NCBI GenBank assembly: GCA_964645605.1
Contig: CAZYCE010000006.1
Coordinates: 2,981-66,980, forward strand
Direction: 5' to 3'
Length of the DNA stretch: 64,000 bases
Source: an uncultured Gammaproteobacteria bacterium
GTDB taxonomy: Bacteria; Patescibacteriota; Microgenomatia; UBA8517
This document shows positions 17,885-28,072 of this stretch, piece after piece. Positions within the stretch are counted from its first letter, which is position 1. Each line of letters starts with the position of its first letter. A program made the translations under genes and the position numbers. Under the pieces are notes generated by a model. The model did not search any database. It was not told the origin of the DNA and worked only from the letters and a program-made list of their open reading frames with translations.

Positions 17885-19437
17885 GGATTAGAAATTTTAT
17901 ATTTGGCATCAAAAATTGGATCAAAAAAAACCCTGTTGAATTTTGGATGCTTTTAGCGATCTTAATAATCGGGGCATTTTGCCGTCTTTACAAAATTGAC
18001 CAATACATGACTTTTTTAGGAGATGAGGGCCGTGACGTGATTATCGTCCGAAGAATTTTTACTGAGGCCCATCCGCCCTTAATAGGTCCGGGGACATCGG
18101 TTGGGAGTATGTATTTAGGTCCCCTTTATTACTACATGATGGCAATTCCGCTTTTATTAGCCGGTTTTTCGCCCGTGGGGCCGGCCGTGATGGTTGCTCT
18201 TTTGGGGGTTGCTACAATTGGTTTTGTCTGGTGGGTGGGTAGGATTTGGTTTTCCAAAACCGCCGGTCTGATTGCGGCGGGACTTTATGCGATTTCTCCG
18301 ACCGTTATAACTTTTTCCCGCTCTTCATGGAACCCGGACGTAATGCCTTTTTTTGCACTTTTGTTAACTTATTCTATATGGAAAGTTTGGAGGAAAGGCG
18401 AATTTAATTGGTTAATTGTTATGGGGATTTCTTTTGCCTTTGTGCTCCAATCACACTACTTGGGGCTTCTTTTGGCCCCAACGCTTTTTATATTTTGGTT
18501 TTTAACATGGAGAAATCTTAAATCGATTGGAAACTCAAAATCAAAAATTAGAAATTTCATTAAAAAATCACTCTTGGGTTTAGGATTTTTCCTACTGTTA
18601 ATGAGCCCTCTCCTAATTTTTGATTTAAGGCACGACTTTTTAAACTCAAAAGCTATTTATCAATTTATTGTTAACCGTGATGTGGCCCTTTCCGGAAGCC
18701 TTTTTGTGGCATTTTCCAAAATTCCCAAAGTATTTAATTTAATAAATTCAAGTTTACTTGCAGGAAAAAATACCCTGGCGGCGGTTGCCTCTTCAGTCTT
18801 TATCGTTTCCGGGGTGGTTTACGTTTTTGCCGAAAGTTTTGTCAAAAAGAAAAATTTTAAAATTAAGCCGGAGTATTGGCTTCTTTTTTCCTGGCTTTTC
18901 TTTGGTCTGATTGGCCTTAGTCTTTATAAAATGGAAATCTATGACCATTATTTTGGTTTCCTTTTCCCTGTGCCCTTTATTATTTTCGGATCGTTTATGG
19001 CTAAATTAATTGAAGACGGAAAAATTGCTAAGGTATTGGGTACGGCGGCGATACTTTATTTGGTAGTTATGGGCCTGATTCAGAATCCATTCAGATATGC
19101 TCCAAACCGCCAGCTGCAAAGGTCGCAAGATGTGGCTAAAAAAATATTAAGCCTATCCGCTGACAATTCTTTTAATTTGGCCGTTATTGCCGAAAGGAAC
19201 TACGAAGACGGTTATCGATATTTTCTTGAACTTTGGGGAGGAAAGGTTCTTCATGCCGATAGGTGGGATCCCGCAACCATTTCTGACCAACTTTTTGTTG
19301 TTTGCGAAAATGAACCTTCAAAATGTGATCCGACACACTCCCCGAAAGCGGAAGTTGCAAACTTCGGCATGAGTAAAATTGACGGGCAATGGGAGGTGGA
19401 TGGGGTTATAATATATAAACTTGCTCACGCACAATGA
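17866..19437 (+). CDS. GT-C-fold membrane glycosyltransferase (ArnT/PMT-like), subfamily B
   Basis: First extracytoplasmic loop FLGDEGRDVIIVRRIF...LIGPGTSVGSMYLGPLYYY; about 11 TM; overlaps upstream GT2 by 19 bp. Confidence 0.65.
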   Translation: MEKIAMRIRNFIFGIKNWIKKNPVEFWMLLAILIIGAFCRLYKIDQYMTFLGDEGRDVIIVRRIFTEAHPPLIGPGTSVGSMYLGPLYYYMMAIPLLLAGFSPVGPAVMVALLGVATIGFVWWVGRIWFSKTAGLIAAGLYAISPTVITFSRSSWNPDVMPFFALLLTYSIWKVWRKGEFNWLIVMGISFAFVLQSHYLGLLLAPTLFIFWFLTWRNLKSIGNSKSKIRNFIKKSLLGLGFFLLLMSPLLIFDLRHDFLNSKAIYQFIVNRDVALSGSLFVAFSKIPKVFNLINSSLLAGKNTLAAVASSVFIVSGVVYVFAESFVKKKNFKIKPEYWLLFSWLFFGLIGLSLYKMEIYDHYFGFLFPVPFIIFGSFMAKLIEDGKIAKVLGTAAILYLVVMGLIQNPFRYAPNRQLQRSQDVAKKILSLSADNSFNLAVIAERNYEDGYRYFLELWGGKVLHADRWDPATISDQLFVVCENEPSKCDPTHSPKAEVANFGMSKIDGQWEVDGVIIYKLAHAQ

Positions 19438-20417
19438 ACTACAAAAAATCAGCCGAAATACTTTCAGAGATTAAAACATCTAACGATATTTTAATTAATT
19501 GTCACAGAGGACCGGACTCAGACTCGGTAGGCTCCGCCCTGGCTTTATCGCAAGCTTTGAAAAGTTTAGGGAAAGAAGCCACGGTAATTTGCCCCAGCGA
19601 CATTCCTCCGGATCTGGCTTTTTTAAAGGGTGCTAACGAAATCGTACGGGTTAATTTTACATCCTTTGATTTTTCAGCTTACGATCTGTTTTTGATTCTT
19701 GATTCCTCGACATACTCGATGGTTACGGGTTTAAAAGATTCGGACAGACCCAACATAAAATCAGTTGTAATTGACCATCATCCTTCAAAGGAAAAGTTCG
19801 GGGATATAAACTTGATTGATCCTGCTATGACGTCCACAGGTGAACTTCTTTATAGAATATTGGACGATTGGGGAGTTTCTCTTACTAAAGATATATCCGA
19901 GTGTCTGTTGACGGGAATAATCGGAGATACGGGAACCTTCCAATATCAAAATGTGGGAGAGGCCACTTTGAGGATTGCCGCGGAGTTAATGGAAAAAGGT
20001 GCCGACAAAGACAAAATTGTTTACAACCTTTATAGAAATATCGATTTCAAAGAATTAAAAATGTGGGGTAAATTTATTGAAAGTATGAAAATCGAGGACG
20101 GTTTTGTCTGGTCGGCGCTGCCGCTTTCGACATACAAAGACTTTGGAGAATATTCTTATGCGAAAGAAGATGTTGCAAATTTATTTTTTCCGATTGTTAA
20201 AGGAACGGAATTTGGAATTGTAATGGTTGAAACGTCAGAAAACGTTTTGTCTGTAAGTTTTAGATCCAGAAACGGATTTGATGTTTCAAAGATTGCGAAC
20301 GAAATCGGAGGAGGAGGGCATAAAGCCGCCTCCGGTGCCAGGATAGAGGGGGTTCCTTTTCAAGAGGCTGTAAATCGTGTTCTTGCTGCGGCCGGAAAGC
20401 ATGTTAAAAAAGATTAA
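19434..20417 (+). CDS. DHH/DHHA1 phosphoesterase (NrnA-like nanoRNase/pAp phosphatase)
   Basis: DHH motifs (CHRGPDSDSVGS, VIDHHPS) and DHHA1 GGGGHKAASGA. Confidence 0.8.
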   Translation: MNYKKSAEILSEIKTSNDILINCHRGPDSDSVGSALALSQALKSLGKEATVICPSDIPPDLAFLKGANEIVRVNFTSFDFSAYDLFLILDSSTYSMVTGLKDSDRPNIKSVVIDHHPSKEKFGDINLIDPAMTSTGELLYRILDDWGVSLTKDISECLLTGIIGDTGTFQYQNVGEATLRIAAELMEKGADKDKIVYNLYRNIDFKELKMWGKFIESMKIEDGFVWSALPLSTYKDFGEYSYAKEDVANLFFPIVKGTEFGIVMVETSENVLSVSFRSRNGFDVSKIANEIGGGGHKAASGARIEGVPFQEAVNRVLAAAGKHVKKD

Positions 20418-21894
20418 AGGCGCTCAAATATATAATTTTCTTCTGGTTTTGGTCTTAGGGGTTGCGGCGTTCTTAAGATTTTTCCGTTTGTCCGATTTGC
20501 TTGGTTTTTGGTACGATCAGGGAAGGGACGCGCTGGTCATTTGGGACATGGTTTACCAAGGTAAGTTTACCTTGATTGGACCCATGATGGGATTTACGGG
20601 AATTTTCAGAGGGGCTTGGTACTACTGGATGATTGCTCCCTTTTATTGGTTAGGACACGGCAATCCAATTTATCCCTCGGTATTTTTGATATTGACTTCT
20701 ATTGTTGCAATTCTCCTTCTTTATAAGTTGGGTCATGAAATGGAGGGTTCAAAGACGGGACTCTTGGCGGCTTTTATCGCCTCTGTCTCAGGATATATTA
20801 TTGGAGCTTCACGTTGGTTGTCGGATCCGACACCAACGCTTTTGGTAAGTGTTGTCTTGGTTTGGTCACTTTTTAAATTTTCTAAAGGTAGCCGTTGGGC
20901 GCTGCCTCTTTCGGGATTTTTGGCCGGAATGGCACTTCAATTTAGTGCCGCAACGGAAATATTTTACGTTCCTGCAATTATTCTGATAGTTTTCCTTTTC
21001 AGAAAAAAGCTGAAAATCAGATTGACCAATTTGCTGCTGACGGGGGCGGCTTTTGTTATCCCTTTTGTGCCACAGCTACTTTTCGAGGTACGTCATCCCG
21101 GTGTTCAAAGCAGTGCCCTTTTGAATTTTCTTTTCCATGAAAAAACATTTACATATGCGTTTTGGGAAATAATCAAAACCAGAATTCCTTTTGATTACAA
21201 TATGATTGCTTCCAAGTTTTGGATAAACGGAGGTATGTTTTTTGCTCCGTTTTTTGGCATTTTTCTGGTTCTTTTAATTTTAAATTGGAAAAAACTTTGG
21301 CAGTCGGACAAATTTAAAATTATTTTTATTTTGGCTCTTGCCCCGCTTATCGGGACGTTGTTCTTTGTCAGCAATTTGGGAGGAGTATACGAGTATTATT
21401 TTACAGGCTATTATTTGATTTGGATTCTTCTTTTCTCGTATGTTTATATGACTGCCTTCAAAAGCAAATTAGTGAAAGTTACTTTAGCGGTATTTATGGC
21501 TTTCCTTTTGTTTTTCAATATAAAAGACTTTAGGGAATCTTATTTTAAACCTCTATCCGATCCGAAAATTATAGCTTTTAAAAACCAAATTTCGGCGGTT
21601 GATTGGGTCTACGAAAATGCCTCGGAAAGGCCCTTCAATGTTGATGAATATGTTCCTCCGGTCATTCCCTATGCCTATCAATATTTATTTTTGTGGAGAG
21701 GCGAAACCGTGCATAAAACTCAGCCTCTTACCAAAAACGTAGACTTACTTTATACTCTATATGAGGTGGATCCAAATCACCCCGAAAGGTTGCAGGCTTG
21801 GCTGGATAGACAAAAGGGCATCGGCAAGGTTTTAAAGGAAGAAACCTTCGGGGGGATAACAGTTCAGGAGAGAGAAAGAATAACTAAAAAATGA
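20401..21894 (+). CDS. GT-C-fold membrane glycosyltransferase, subfamily B
   Basis: FWYDQGRDALVIWDMV...LIGPMMGFTGIFRGAWYYW, a paralog of the 17866 and 28073 products; internal ATG 20401 chosen. Confidence 0.65.
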   Translation: MLKKIKGAQIYNFLLVLVLGVAAFLRFFRLSDLLGFWYDQGRDALVIWDMVYQGKFTLIGPMMGFTGIFRGAWYYWMIAPFYWLGHGNPIYPSVFLILTSIVAILLLYKLGHEMEGSKTGLLAAFIASVSGYIIGASRWLSDPTPTLLVSVVLVWSLFKFSKGSRWALPLSGFLAGMALQFSAATEIFYVPAIILIVFLFRKKLKIRLTNLLLTGAAFVIPFVPQLLFEVRHPGVQSSALLNFLFHEKTFTYAFWEIIKTRIPFDYNMIASKFWINGGMFFAPFFGIFLVLLILNWKKLWQSDKFKIIFILALAPLIGTLFFVSNLGGVYEYYFTGYYLIWILLFSYVYMTAFKSKLVKVTLAVFMAFLLFFNIKDFRESYFKPLSDPKIIAFKNQISAVDWVYENASERPFNVDEYVPPVIPYAYQYLFLWRGETVHKTQPLTKNVDLLYTLYEVDPNHPERLQAWLDRQKGIGKVLKEETFGGITVQERERITKK

Positions 21895-21972
21895 ATCAGG
21901 GTAGAAATATTACATTAAACAAAAGGCCAAATATTGTTCAGGCAAATAAATTTGAGAAGAATTTCTGACGCA

Positions 21973-22722
21973 ATGAAACCATTTTTGAGTGTAGTTATAC
22001 CGGCATATAACGAGGAAATTAATCTTAAGCGCGGAGTTTTGGATAGTGTTTATGGTTACCTGAAAAGTAAAGACTTTACTTGGGAAGTAATTGTGATGGA
22101 TGATGGGTCTTCCGACGGAACTGCCGACTTTGTTGAAAAATTCGCGAAAAAACACCAGGGCTTTTCGGTGAGACGTGAGCCGCACAGGGGAAAGGGCGGA
22201 ACAATAATTGCCGGTGCCGAGGTGGCAAAGGGCGAATATATTCTTTTTGCCGACATGGATCAATCCACTCCCATGGATCAATTTGATAAGTTTATTCCAA
22301 AGCTCAAAGGCGGCTACGATATTGCGATTGGCAGCCGCTCAGGACGTCCGGGCCAGCCAATAATTCGAAAAATCATGGCTTACGGGTTTGTGATCCTGAG
22401 GACGATAATTCTAAGATTACCGTTCAAAGACACCCAATGCGGATTCAAAGTTTATAAAAGCCGGGTTGCCAAAGAGATATTTAAAAGGACTCAAATATAC
22501 CGGAAAAACCAAATCGCCAAAGTAGGTTCCGTGACGGCAGGTTTTGACCTCGAAGTTTTATACATTGCGCGTAAATTGAAGTTAAAAATTGCCGAAATTC
22601 CGGTAGAGTGGTATGAGTATGGACAGAGGAAAGAGGTTAACCCCATTACGGACTCAATAGAAGGATTTCGGGGCATGATGATGGTTAGAATTAATGCTCT
22701 TCAGGGAAAATACAAAGTTTAG
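21973..22722 (+). CDS. GT2 polyprenyl-phosphate glycosyltransferase (DPM1/GtrB-like)
   Basis: LSVVIPAYNEEINL, VMDDGSSDGT, FADMDQSTP. Confidence 0.8.
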   Translation: MKPFLSVVIPAYNEEINLKRGVLDSVYGYLKSKDFTWEVIVMDDGSSDGTADFVEKFAKKHQGFSVRREPHRGKGGTIIAGAEVAKGEYILFADMDQSTPMDQFDKFIPKLKGGYDIAIGSRSGRPGQPIIRKIMAYGFVILRTIILRLPFKDTQCGFKVYKSRVAKEIFKRTQIYRKNQIAKVGSVTAGFDLEVLYIARKLKLKIAEIPVEWYEYGQRKEVNPITDSIEGFRGMMMVRINALQGKYKV

Positions 22723-22730
22723 GTTATACG

Positions 22731-22739
22731 TGCTACAAT
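22731..22739 (+). promoter_or_regulatory. Extended -10 element TGcTACAAT, 6 nt upstream of ATG 22746 (candidate leaderless promoter)
   Basis: Sequence read directly; no Shine-Dalgarno between the element and the start codon. Confidence 0.3.
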
Positions 22740-22745
22740 TTAGGC

Positions 22746-23645
22746 ATGGCTTCCAAGATTTCGGTAGTGATTAATACACTAAACGAGGAAAAAAATATCT
22801 CCCGGGCTATATCCTCAACGAAAATTTTTGCAGACGAAGTTGTCGTGGTGGATATGGAATCCTCCGATAAAACATGCGAAATTGCCAAAAAAATGGGAGC
22901 GAAGGTTTTCACTCACGAAAAAACCGGATATGTTGAACCGGCCAGAAATTTTGCCATTAGTAAAGCCATTAATCCTTGGGTTTTAATATTGGATGCTGAT
23001 GAAGAAATACCGGCAAACCTTGCTTCCCGGATTCAGAAAATTCTGAAAGAGCCGAAGGCTGATTATTACAGAATCCCGCGGAAAAACATTATTTTCGGAA
23101 AGTGGATCAAACATGCCCGTTGGTGGCCGGATATGAATATCCGTTTGTTTAAAAAAGGACATGTATCCTGGAACGAAGTAATCCATGCCGTACCCATGAC
23201 TCAAGGTATAGGCGGAGACATTGAGGAAAGGGAAGACCTGGCAATAATTCATTACAATTACGATTCGATTGAAGACTATCTTTCGCGGATGAACAACTAT
23301 ACGACTCACCACGCAAGAATAAAAATTGACGAAGGTTATAAATTTACTTGGAAAGATATTGTTGTAAAACCCGTTGGAGAATTCTTAAGCAGATATTTTT
23401 ACGGTCAAGGCTATAAAGACGGTCTTCACGGTCTTGCCTTGTCAATGCTCCAGGCTTTTTCGGAACTGGCGGTTTATTTGAAGATTTGGCAGAAAGAAAA
23501 ATTTACCGAAAAGGATCTGAAACTGGATGAGGTTACGGCTCTTTTCCAGGAACAGGAAAAAGAAATCCGATATTGGCAGGCGGACGCTTCCGTAAAAGAA
23601 GGCGGAAACTTTTATGATAGGATCCGTAGAAAATTCAAAATTTAA
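22746..23645 (+). CDS. GT2 glycosyltransferase (WaaE/KdtX-like subfamily)
   Basis: ISVVINTLNEEKNI; C-terminal block YRIPRKNIIFGKWIKHARWWPDMNIRLFKKG shared with the 24605 and 54769 products. Confidence 0.75.
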   Translation: MASKISVVINTLNEEKNISRAISSTKIFADEVVVVDMESSDKTCEIAKKMGAKVFTHEKTGYVEPARNFAISKAINPWVLILDADEEIPANLASRIQKILKEPKADYYRIPRKNIIFGKWIKHARWWPDMNIRLFKKGHVSWNEVIHAVPMTQGIGGDIEEREDLAIIHYNYDSIEDYLSRMNNYTTHHARIKIDEGYKFTWKDIVVKPVGEFLSRYFYGQGYKDGLHGLALSMLQAFSELAVYLKIWQKEKFTEKDLKLDEVTALFQEQEKEIRYWQADASVKEGGNFYDRIRRKFKI

Positions 23646-23646
23646 A

Positions 23647-24594
23647 ATGAGCAATTCCCCGAAGGTTTCTATCATTATCTTAACTACAAATGGGTTGGCG
23701 ATGATGCGTGACGAGCTTGAAAACATCGGCAAACTTGACGTCAATGGTGTCAATGCGGAATGCATCGTTGTTGATAACGACAGTTCCGACGGAACGGAAA
23801 AAGAACTGGCGGACTATAAACTTCCGAATATGGAATATAAGTTTATGGAAGCCGGAAAAAATTTGGGATTTGCCGGCGGAAACAATATCGGGATCAAGAA
23901 TGCACTTAAAAGAGGGGCTGACTATATAATTTTAATGAACAATGATTTGGTTTTACCCGGTGATATTCTTAAAAAACTTGTCAGCTACATGGAAGGCAGT
24001 CCGGAAGCCGGCCTGGCCTCACCAAAAATGTATTTTGCTGAAGGGTATGAGTTTCATAAGGACAGATATAAAAAATCGGAGCTTGGAAAGGTGATTTGGT
24101 ACGCCGGAGGCGTGATTGACAGAAAAAATGCTTATTCAAGTCACAGGGGCGTTGATGAGGTCGACCATGGACAGTATGATCAAATCAAGGATACGGATTA
24201 TGCAAGCGGAGCTTGTGTAATAATCCGCCGCGCAGTTTTTGAGAAAATCGGATATCTCGATGATTCGTTTTTTTTGTATTGGGAAGATGCGGATTTCAGT
24301 GAAAGAGCAAAAAAAGCCGGTTTTGGAGTAATGTACTATCCAGGGACACACCTTTGGCACAAAGTATCCGCATCAACCGGCGGCTCGGGAAGCCCTACAA
24401 ATGATTATTTTTTAACCAGGAATAGGTTGTATTTTGCCGAAAGATATCTAAGTCCGAGAACCAAATTTGCCGTATGGAGAGATACGCTTAAACTCATTTT
24501 CGCGGGAAGGACATGGCAGAAAAAAGGTGCAATTGATGCTATTTTGGGAATAAAGGGAATGGGCGCATGGCGTAAATATCTGATTTCTAGATAA
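23647..24594 (+). CDS. GT2 glycosyltransferase (rhamnosyltransferase-like)
   Basis: VSIIILTTNG, VVDNDSSDGT, WEDADFSERA (DxD/ED region). Confidence 0.75.
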   Translation: MSNSPKVSIIILTTNGLAMMRDELENIGKLDVNGVNAECIVVDNDSSDGTEKELADYKLPNMEYKFMEAGKNLGFAGGNNIGIKNALKRGADYIILMNNDLVLPGDILKKLVSYMEGSPEAGLASPKMYFAEGYEFHKDRYKKSELGKVIWYAGGVIDRKNAYSSHRGVDEVDHGQYDQIKDTDYASGACVIIRRAVFEKIGYLDDSFFLYWEDADFSERAKKAGFGVMYYPGTHLWHKVSASTGGSGSPTNDYFLTRNRLYFAERYLSPRTKFAVWRDTLKLIFAGRTWQKKGAIDAILGIKGMGAWRKYLISR

Positions 24595-24604
24595 CCAATT
24601 TCTA

Positions 24605-25333
24605 ATGACAACACAAAATACAATTTCTGCCATCATATTGGTGGGGGGCGATTACGACAGGGATCTTTTGAAAAAGTGCCTTAATTCTGTTTCCTGGTGC
24701 GACGAAGTTGTGAAAGTAGAAACCGAAAATATCAGGGGGAGTTTTTCGGAATGGCGCAACGAGGGAGCAAAAATGGCAAAAAGCGATTGGCTTTTTTATG
24801 TAGATAGCGACGAAGAAGTTACACCGGCACTCAAAAAAAATATTCTTCAGGTGATCGATGCGGGTGAGTTTGCCGGCTATGCGATTCCGCGAAGAAATAA
24901 ATTTTTGGGCCATATTATGCACTGGGGCGGCTGGTATCCCGATTATGTTTTAAGGCTTATCAGGAAAGATAAATTAAAAGGATGGTCCGGGGAACTGCAT
25001 GAACAACCTTTGGTTGACGGAACTATCGGGCACCTGAAAGAACCGTTATTACATGATAGCCATAGGTCTTTGCATAATATGGTGGAAAAGACCAACGGGT
25101 GGTCGGAAATTGAGGCAAAACTTTTATACGAATCGGGACACCCTAAAATGAATTTTTTCAGATTTTGCTCGGCTGCTTTCCGTGAATTTTGGTATAGAGG
25201 GATTGTTAAATTGGGTTTTTTGGACGGAACCGTCGGGGTAATCGAAGTAATTTACCAAATGTACAGCAGATTAATTACTTATTCCAAACTTTGGGAGTTG
25301 CAATTGAAAAATGAAAAAAGCCGCAATATATAA
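24605..25333 (+). CDS. GT2 glycosyltransferase (WaaE/KdtX-like subfamily)
   Basis: ISAIILVGGD, YVDSDEEV, YAIPRRNKFLGHIMHWGGWYPDYVLRLIRKD. Confidence 0.7.
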   Translation: MTTQNTISAIILVGGDYDRDLLKKCLNSVSWCDEVVKVETENIRGSFSEWRNEGAKMAKSDWLFYVDSDEEVTPALKKNILQVIDAGEFAGYAIPRRNKFLGHIMHWGGWYPDYVLRLIRKDKLKGWSGELHEQPLVDGTIGHLKEPLLHDSHRSLHNMVEKTNGWSEIEAKLLYESGHPKMNFFRFCSAAFREFWYRGIVKLGFLDGTVGVIEVIYQMYSRLITYSKLWELQLKNEKSRNI

Positions 25334-26351
25334 TCCGTATTTAGATACGTTGGGAGGAGGGGAGCGCTATGCCTTAAGTTTTGCCAAGGTATTGGCGAAT
25401 AACGGATATGAAGTGGATCTGGAGTGGAAAGACTCTGCGATTAAAGAAATTCTTGAAAAAAGGTTCGGGATGGATCTACCCGGAATCAATGTGATTCCCG
25501 ATGTCAAAAAAGGCGACGGTTATGATCTTTGTTTCTGGGTCTCCGACGGAAGTATTCCTCTAATGCACGCCAGGCACAATATACTTCACTTTCAGGTTCC
25601 TTTCCGTGGGGTAAACGGAAAAAGTCTGGTGAACAAAATGAAGCTTTTCAGGATAAACAATATTGTCTGCAATTCCCGGTTCACCAAAAATGTCATAGAC
25701 AAAGAATTTGGAGTCGAAAGCATCGTGATTTATCCTCCCGTTGATACGGAAGCTTTTAAACCGAAACGTAAAGAAAATATAATTTTGTACGTCGGAAGGT
25801 TTTCAAAAATTCTCCAGAGTAAAGGGCAGGACATTCTTGTAGAGGCTTTTAAAAAACTCTATGACGGCGGAGAAACAAATTGGAAACTGATTCTTGCCGG
25901 AGGAGTTGAGGTAGGGGTAGGCGACTGGGTAGCGGAGTTAAGGAGGCAGGCTGAGGGTTACCCGGTGGAGCTTGTCGAAAGCCCGGACTTAAATACGCTT
26001 AAGGACTTGTACGGCAAAGCAAAAATATTCTGGAGCGCAGCCGGTTTCGGTCAGGATGAGACAGAAAACCCCGAGAAAATGGAGCATTTTGGCATTACGG
26101 TAATTGAGGCAATGGCCTCCGGGGACGTACCGCTAATTTTTAACGGGGGAGGACATAAAGAAATCATTGAAGACGGCGTTAACGGGTTTTTATGGGATAG
26201 CGTGGAAAGTTTAGTAGAAAAAACAAAACAATTAGTAGAAAATAAACAGTTTCATACTTTCGAAGTAAATGCAAAAAGAAAAGCAGGGGATTTTTCGGAA
26301 AATATTTTTGAGAATAAAATTATTTCCTATATAATTCCAAAAAATAAATGA
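25311..26351 (+). CDS. GT4 (GT-B fold) glycosyltransferase
   Basis: EHFGITVIEAMASGDVPL (EX7E motif), GGERYAL N-terminal region. Confidence 0.8.
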   Translation: MKKAAIYNPYLDTLGGGERYALSFAKVLANNGYEVDLEWKDSAIKEILEKRFGMDLPGINVIPDVKKGDGYDLCFWVSDGSIPLMHARHNILHFQVPFRGVNGKSLVNKMKLFRINNIVCNSRFTKNVIDKEFGVESIVIYPPVDTEAFKPKRKENIILYVGRFSKILQSKGQDILVEAFKKLYDGGETNWKLILAGGVEVGVGDWVAELRRQAEGYPVELVESPDLNTLKDLYGKAKIFWSAAGFGQDETENPEKMEHFGITVIEAMASGDVPLIFNGGGHKEIIEDGVNGFLWDSVESLVEKTKQLVENKQFHTFEVNAKRKAGDFSENIFENKIISYIIPKNK

Positions 26352-27244
26352 ATAATTACAATGTTTCAGCAATAATTACAAACTTTAACGGCAAAAAACT
26401 GCTGGAAAAAAATTTACCATCGGTTTTAAGCGCTGCCAAAAATCCTGAAAATAGGATTTCTGAAATAATAGTAGTTGATGACGGTTCAAGTGACGATAGT
26501 GTTAAATTTCTTATTAAAAACTTTCCAGAGGTAAAATTGATAAGACACAAAATCAATCGAGGTTTTTCGGCGGCGGTAAATACGGGAGTCAGAATGGCTA
26601 AAGGAGATCTCGTTCTTCTTCTTAATAATGATGTAGTTCCGGAGGACAATTTTTTGGCATCGGCACTTGTTCATTTTGAAAACGAAAGAGTCTTTGCCGT
26701 CACCCTGCACGAAGCCGGATATGGATATGCAAAAGCAAAATTTTCGGCAGGATTCATAGAATTGTCTATGGGTGAAGAATCATCTATGGCTTACCCCAGC
26801 TTTTATGTAAGCGGCGGTAGCGGTATTTTTAGGAGAGAATATTGGATGAAGCTTTCCGGGATGGATGAAAAATTATTTTCCCCATTTTATTGGGAGGACA
26901 TCGATATTTGTTATAGAGCCCAGAAACGTGGCTATATAAACATGTGGGAACCAAAAAGTAATGTAATCCATAATCACGAATCAACGATTGGGAAATTACC
27001 CAAACTTCGCGTACAAAGAATTAGGGAAAGAAACCAGCTTTTGATGATATGGAAAAATATTCATAGCCCAAAACTAACCCGCAATCATGTTGTAGGAGTT
27101 TTAAGAAGGGTAAGTAAACACCCGGGCTACATAAAAATAGTATTAATGGCTCTGAGCAAGTTGGGAGTTGTACTGAAAGAGCGTAAAAAAGAGATACGTT
27201 TAAGTAAGGTGTCCGATGAAGTGATATTCATGAATTTCAGATGA
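26348..27244 (+). CDS. GT2 glycosyltransferase
   Basis: VSAIITNFNG, VVDDGSSDDS, LLLNNDVV. Confidence 0.8.
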   Translation: MNNYNVSAIITNFNGKKLLEKNLPSVLSAAKNPENRISEIIVVDDGSSDDSVKFLIKNFPEVKLIRHKINRGFSAAVNTGVRMAKGDLVLLLNNDVVPEDNFLASALVHFENERVFAVTLHEAGYGYAKAKFSAGFIELSMGEESSMAYPSFYVSGGSGIFRREYWMKLSGMDEKLFSPFYWEDIDICYRAQKRGYINMWEPKSNVIHNHESTIGKLPKLRVQRIRERNQLLMIWKNIHSPKLTRNHVVGVLRRVSKHPGYIKIVLMALSKLGVVLKERKKEIRLSKVSDEVIFMNFR

Positions 27245-28071
27245 AGAACATGGTAGAACTATCTATAGTAATAGTTAATCTTAATACTAAAGACCTGACT
27301 CTCGAATGCTTGAGATCAATCGAAAAAGAAGCGCTTGGTTTGGACTTCGAAGTACTTCTGGCGGATAACGGGAGCACTGATGGATCGGTTAAGGCTTTCG
27401 AAAAAATTAAAGAAGAAAAATATTGGAAAAATAGGTTTAGCCTAATTTTAAACGATACCAATATCGGCTACGCAAAAGCCAATAATCAAGGAATCAGAAA
27501 AGCCAAAGGAAAATATATTCTTCTTTTGAATAATGACACAATTGTTCACAAAGACGCTCTTCAAAATTTTCTAAAGTTTGCCCAAAAGACTTCCGATGCA
27601 GGAGTCGTCGGCGCAAAACTATTAAATACCGACGGAACGCTACAGATGTCCTGTTATCATTTCCCGACAATCAAAAATGCCATAAGAGAATATTGGTTGG
27701 GGCAAAAAGGTCTTTTTGAGAAATTTGCCCCTCATGAGCAAAATCCGGTTACTGTGGATTCTGTTGTGGGAGCGGCGTTTTTAATTACTCCTGAAGCGAG
27801 AAAACGTGTAGGCATTTTGGATGAACGATATTTTGCCTATTTTGAAGATATAGATTATTGCCGTGAGGTTTGGAAGCATGGTTTAAAAGTATATTATTTG
27901 CCGGACGCCGTAATTACACATTATCACGGCGCTACATTTAAGAAGCTTGCCGATGAGGAAGAAAGGTGGAAGAAATTGATTCCTTCAAGCAAGATTTACC
28001 ACGGACTCCTTAAACACTATTTGATAACTGCGATTCTTTGGTTGGGGCAAAAGAAAAACTTGAATAAGTGA
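27241..28071 (+). CDS. GT2 glycosyltransferase
   Basis: LSIVIVNLNT, LADNGSTDGS, LLLNNDTIV, YFEDIDYC. Confidence 0.8.
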   Translation: MKNMVELSIVIVNLNTKDLTLECLRSIEKEALGLDFEVLLADNGSTDGSVKAFEKIKEEKYWKNRFSLILNDTNIGYAKANNQGIRKAKGKYILLLNNDTIVHKDALQNFLKFAQKTSDAGVVGAKLLNTDGTLQMSCYHFPTIKNAIREYWLGQKGLFEKFAPHEQNPVTVDSVVGAAFLITPEARKRVGILDERYFAYFEDIDYCREVWKHGLKVYYLPDAVITHYHGATFKKLADEEERWKKLIPSSKIYHGLLKHYLITAILWLGQKKNLNK

Positions 28072-28072
28072 C

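Noticed and set aside
19434-20417. DHH/DHHA1 phosphoesterase embedded in the glycosylation island as a possible functional link (for example a nucleotide by-product phosphatase)
   Set aside because: NrnA-like nanoRNases are housekeeping enzymes and the placement is most simply explained by genome compaction; no sequence evidence for a glycosylation role.
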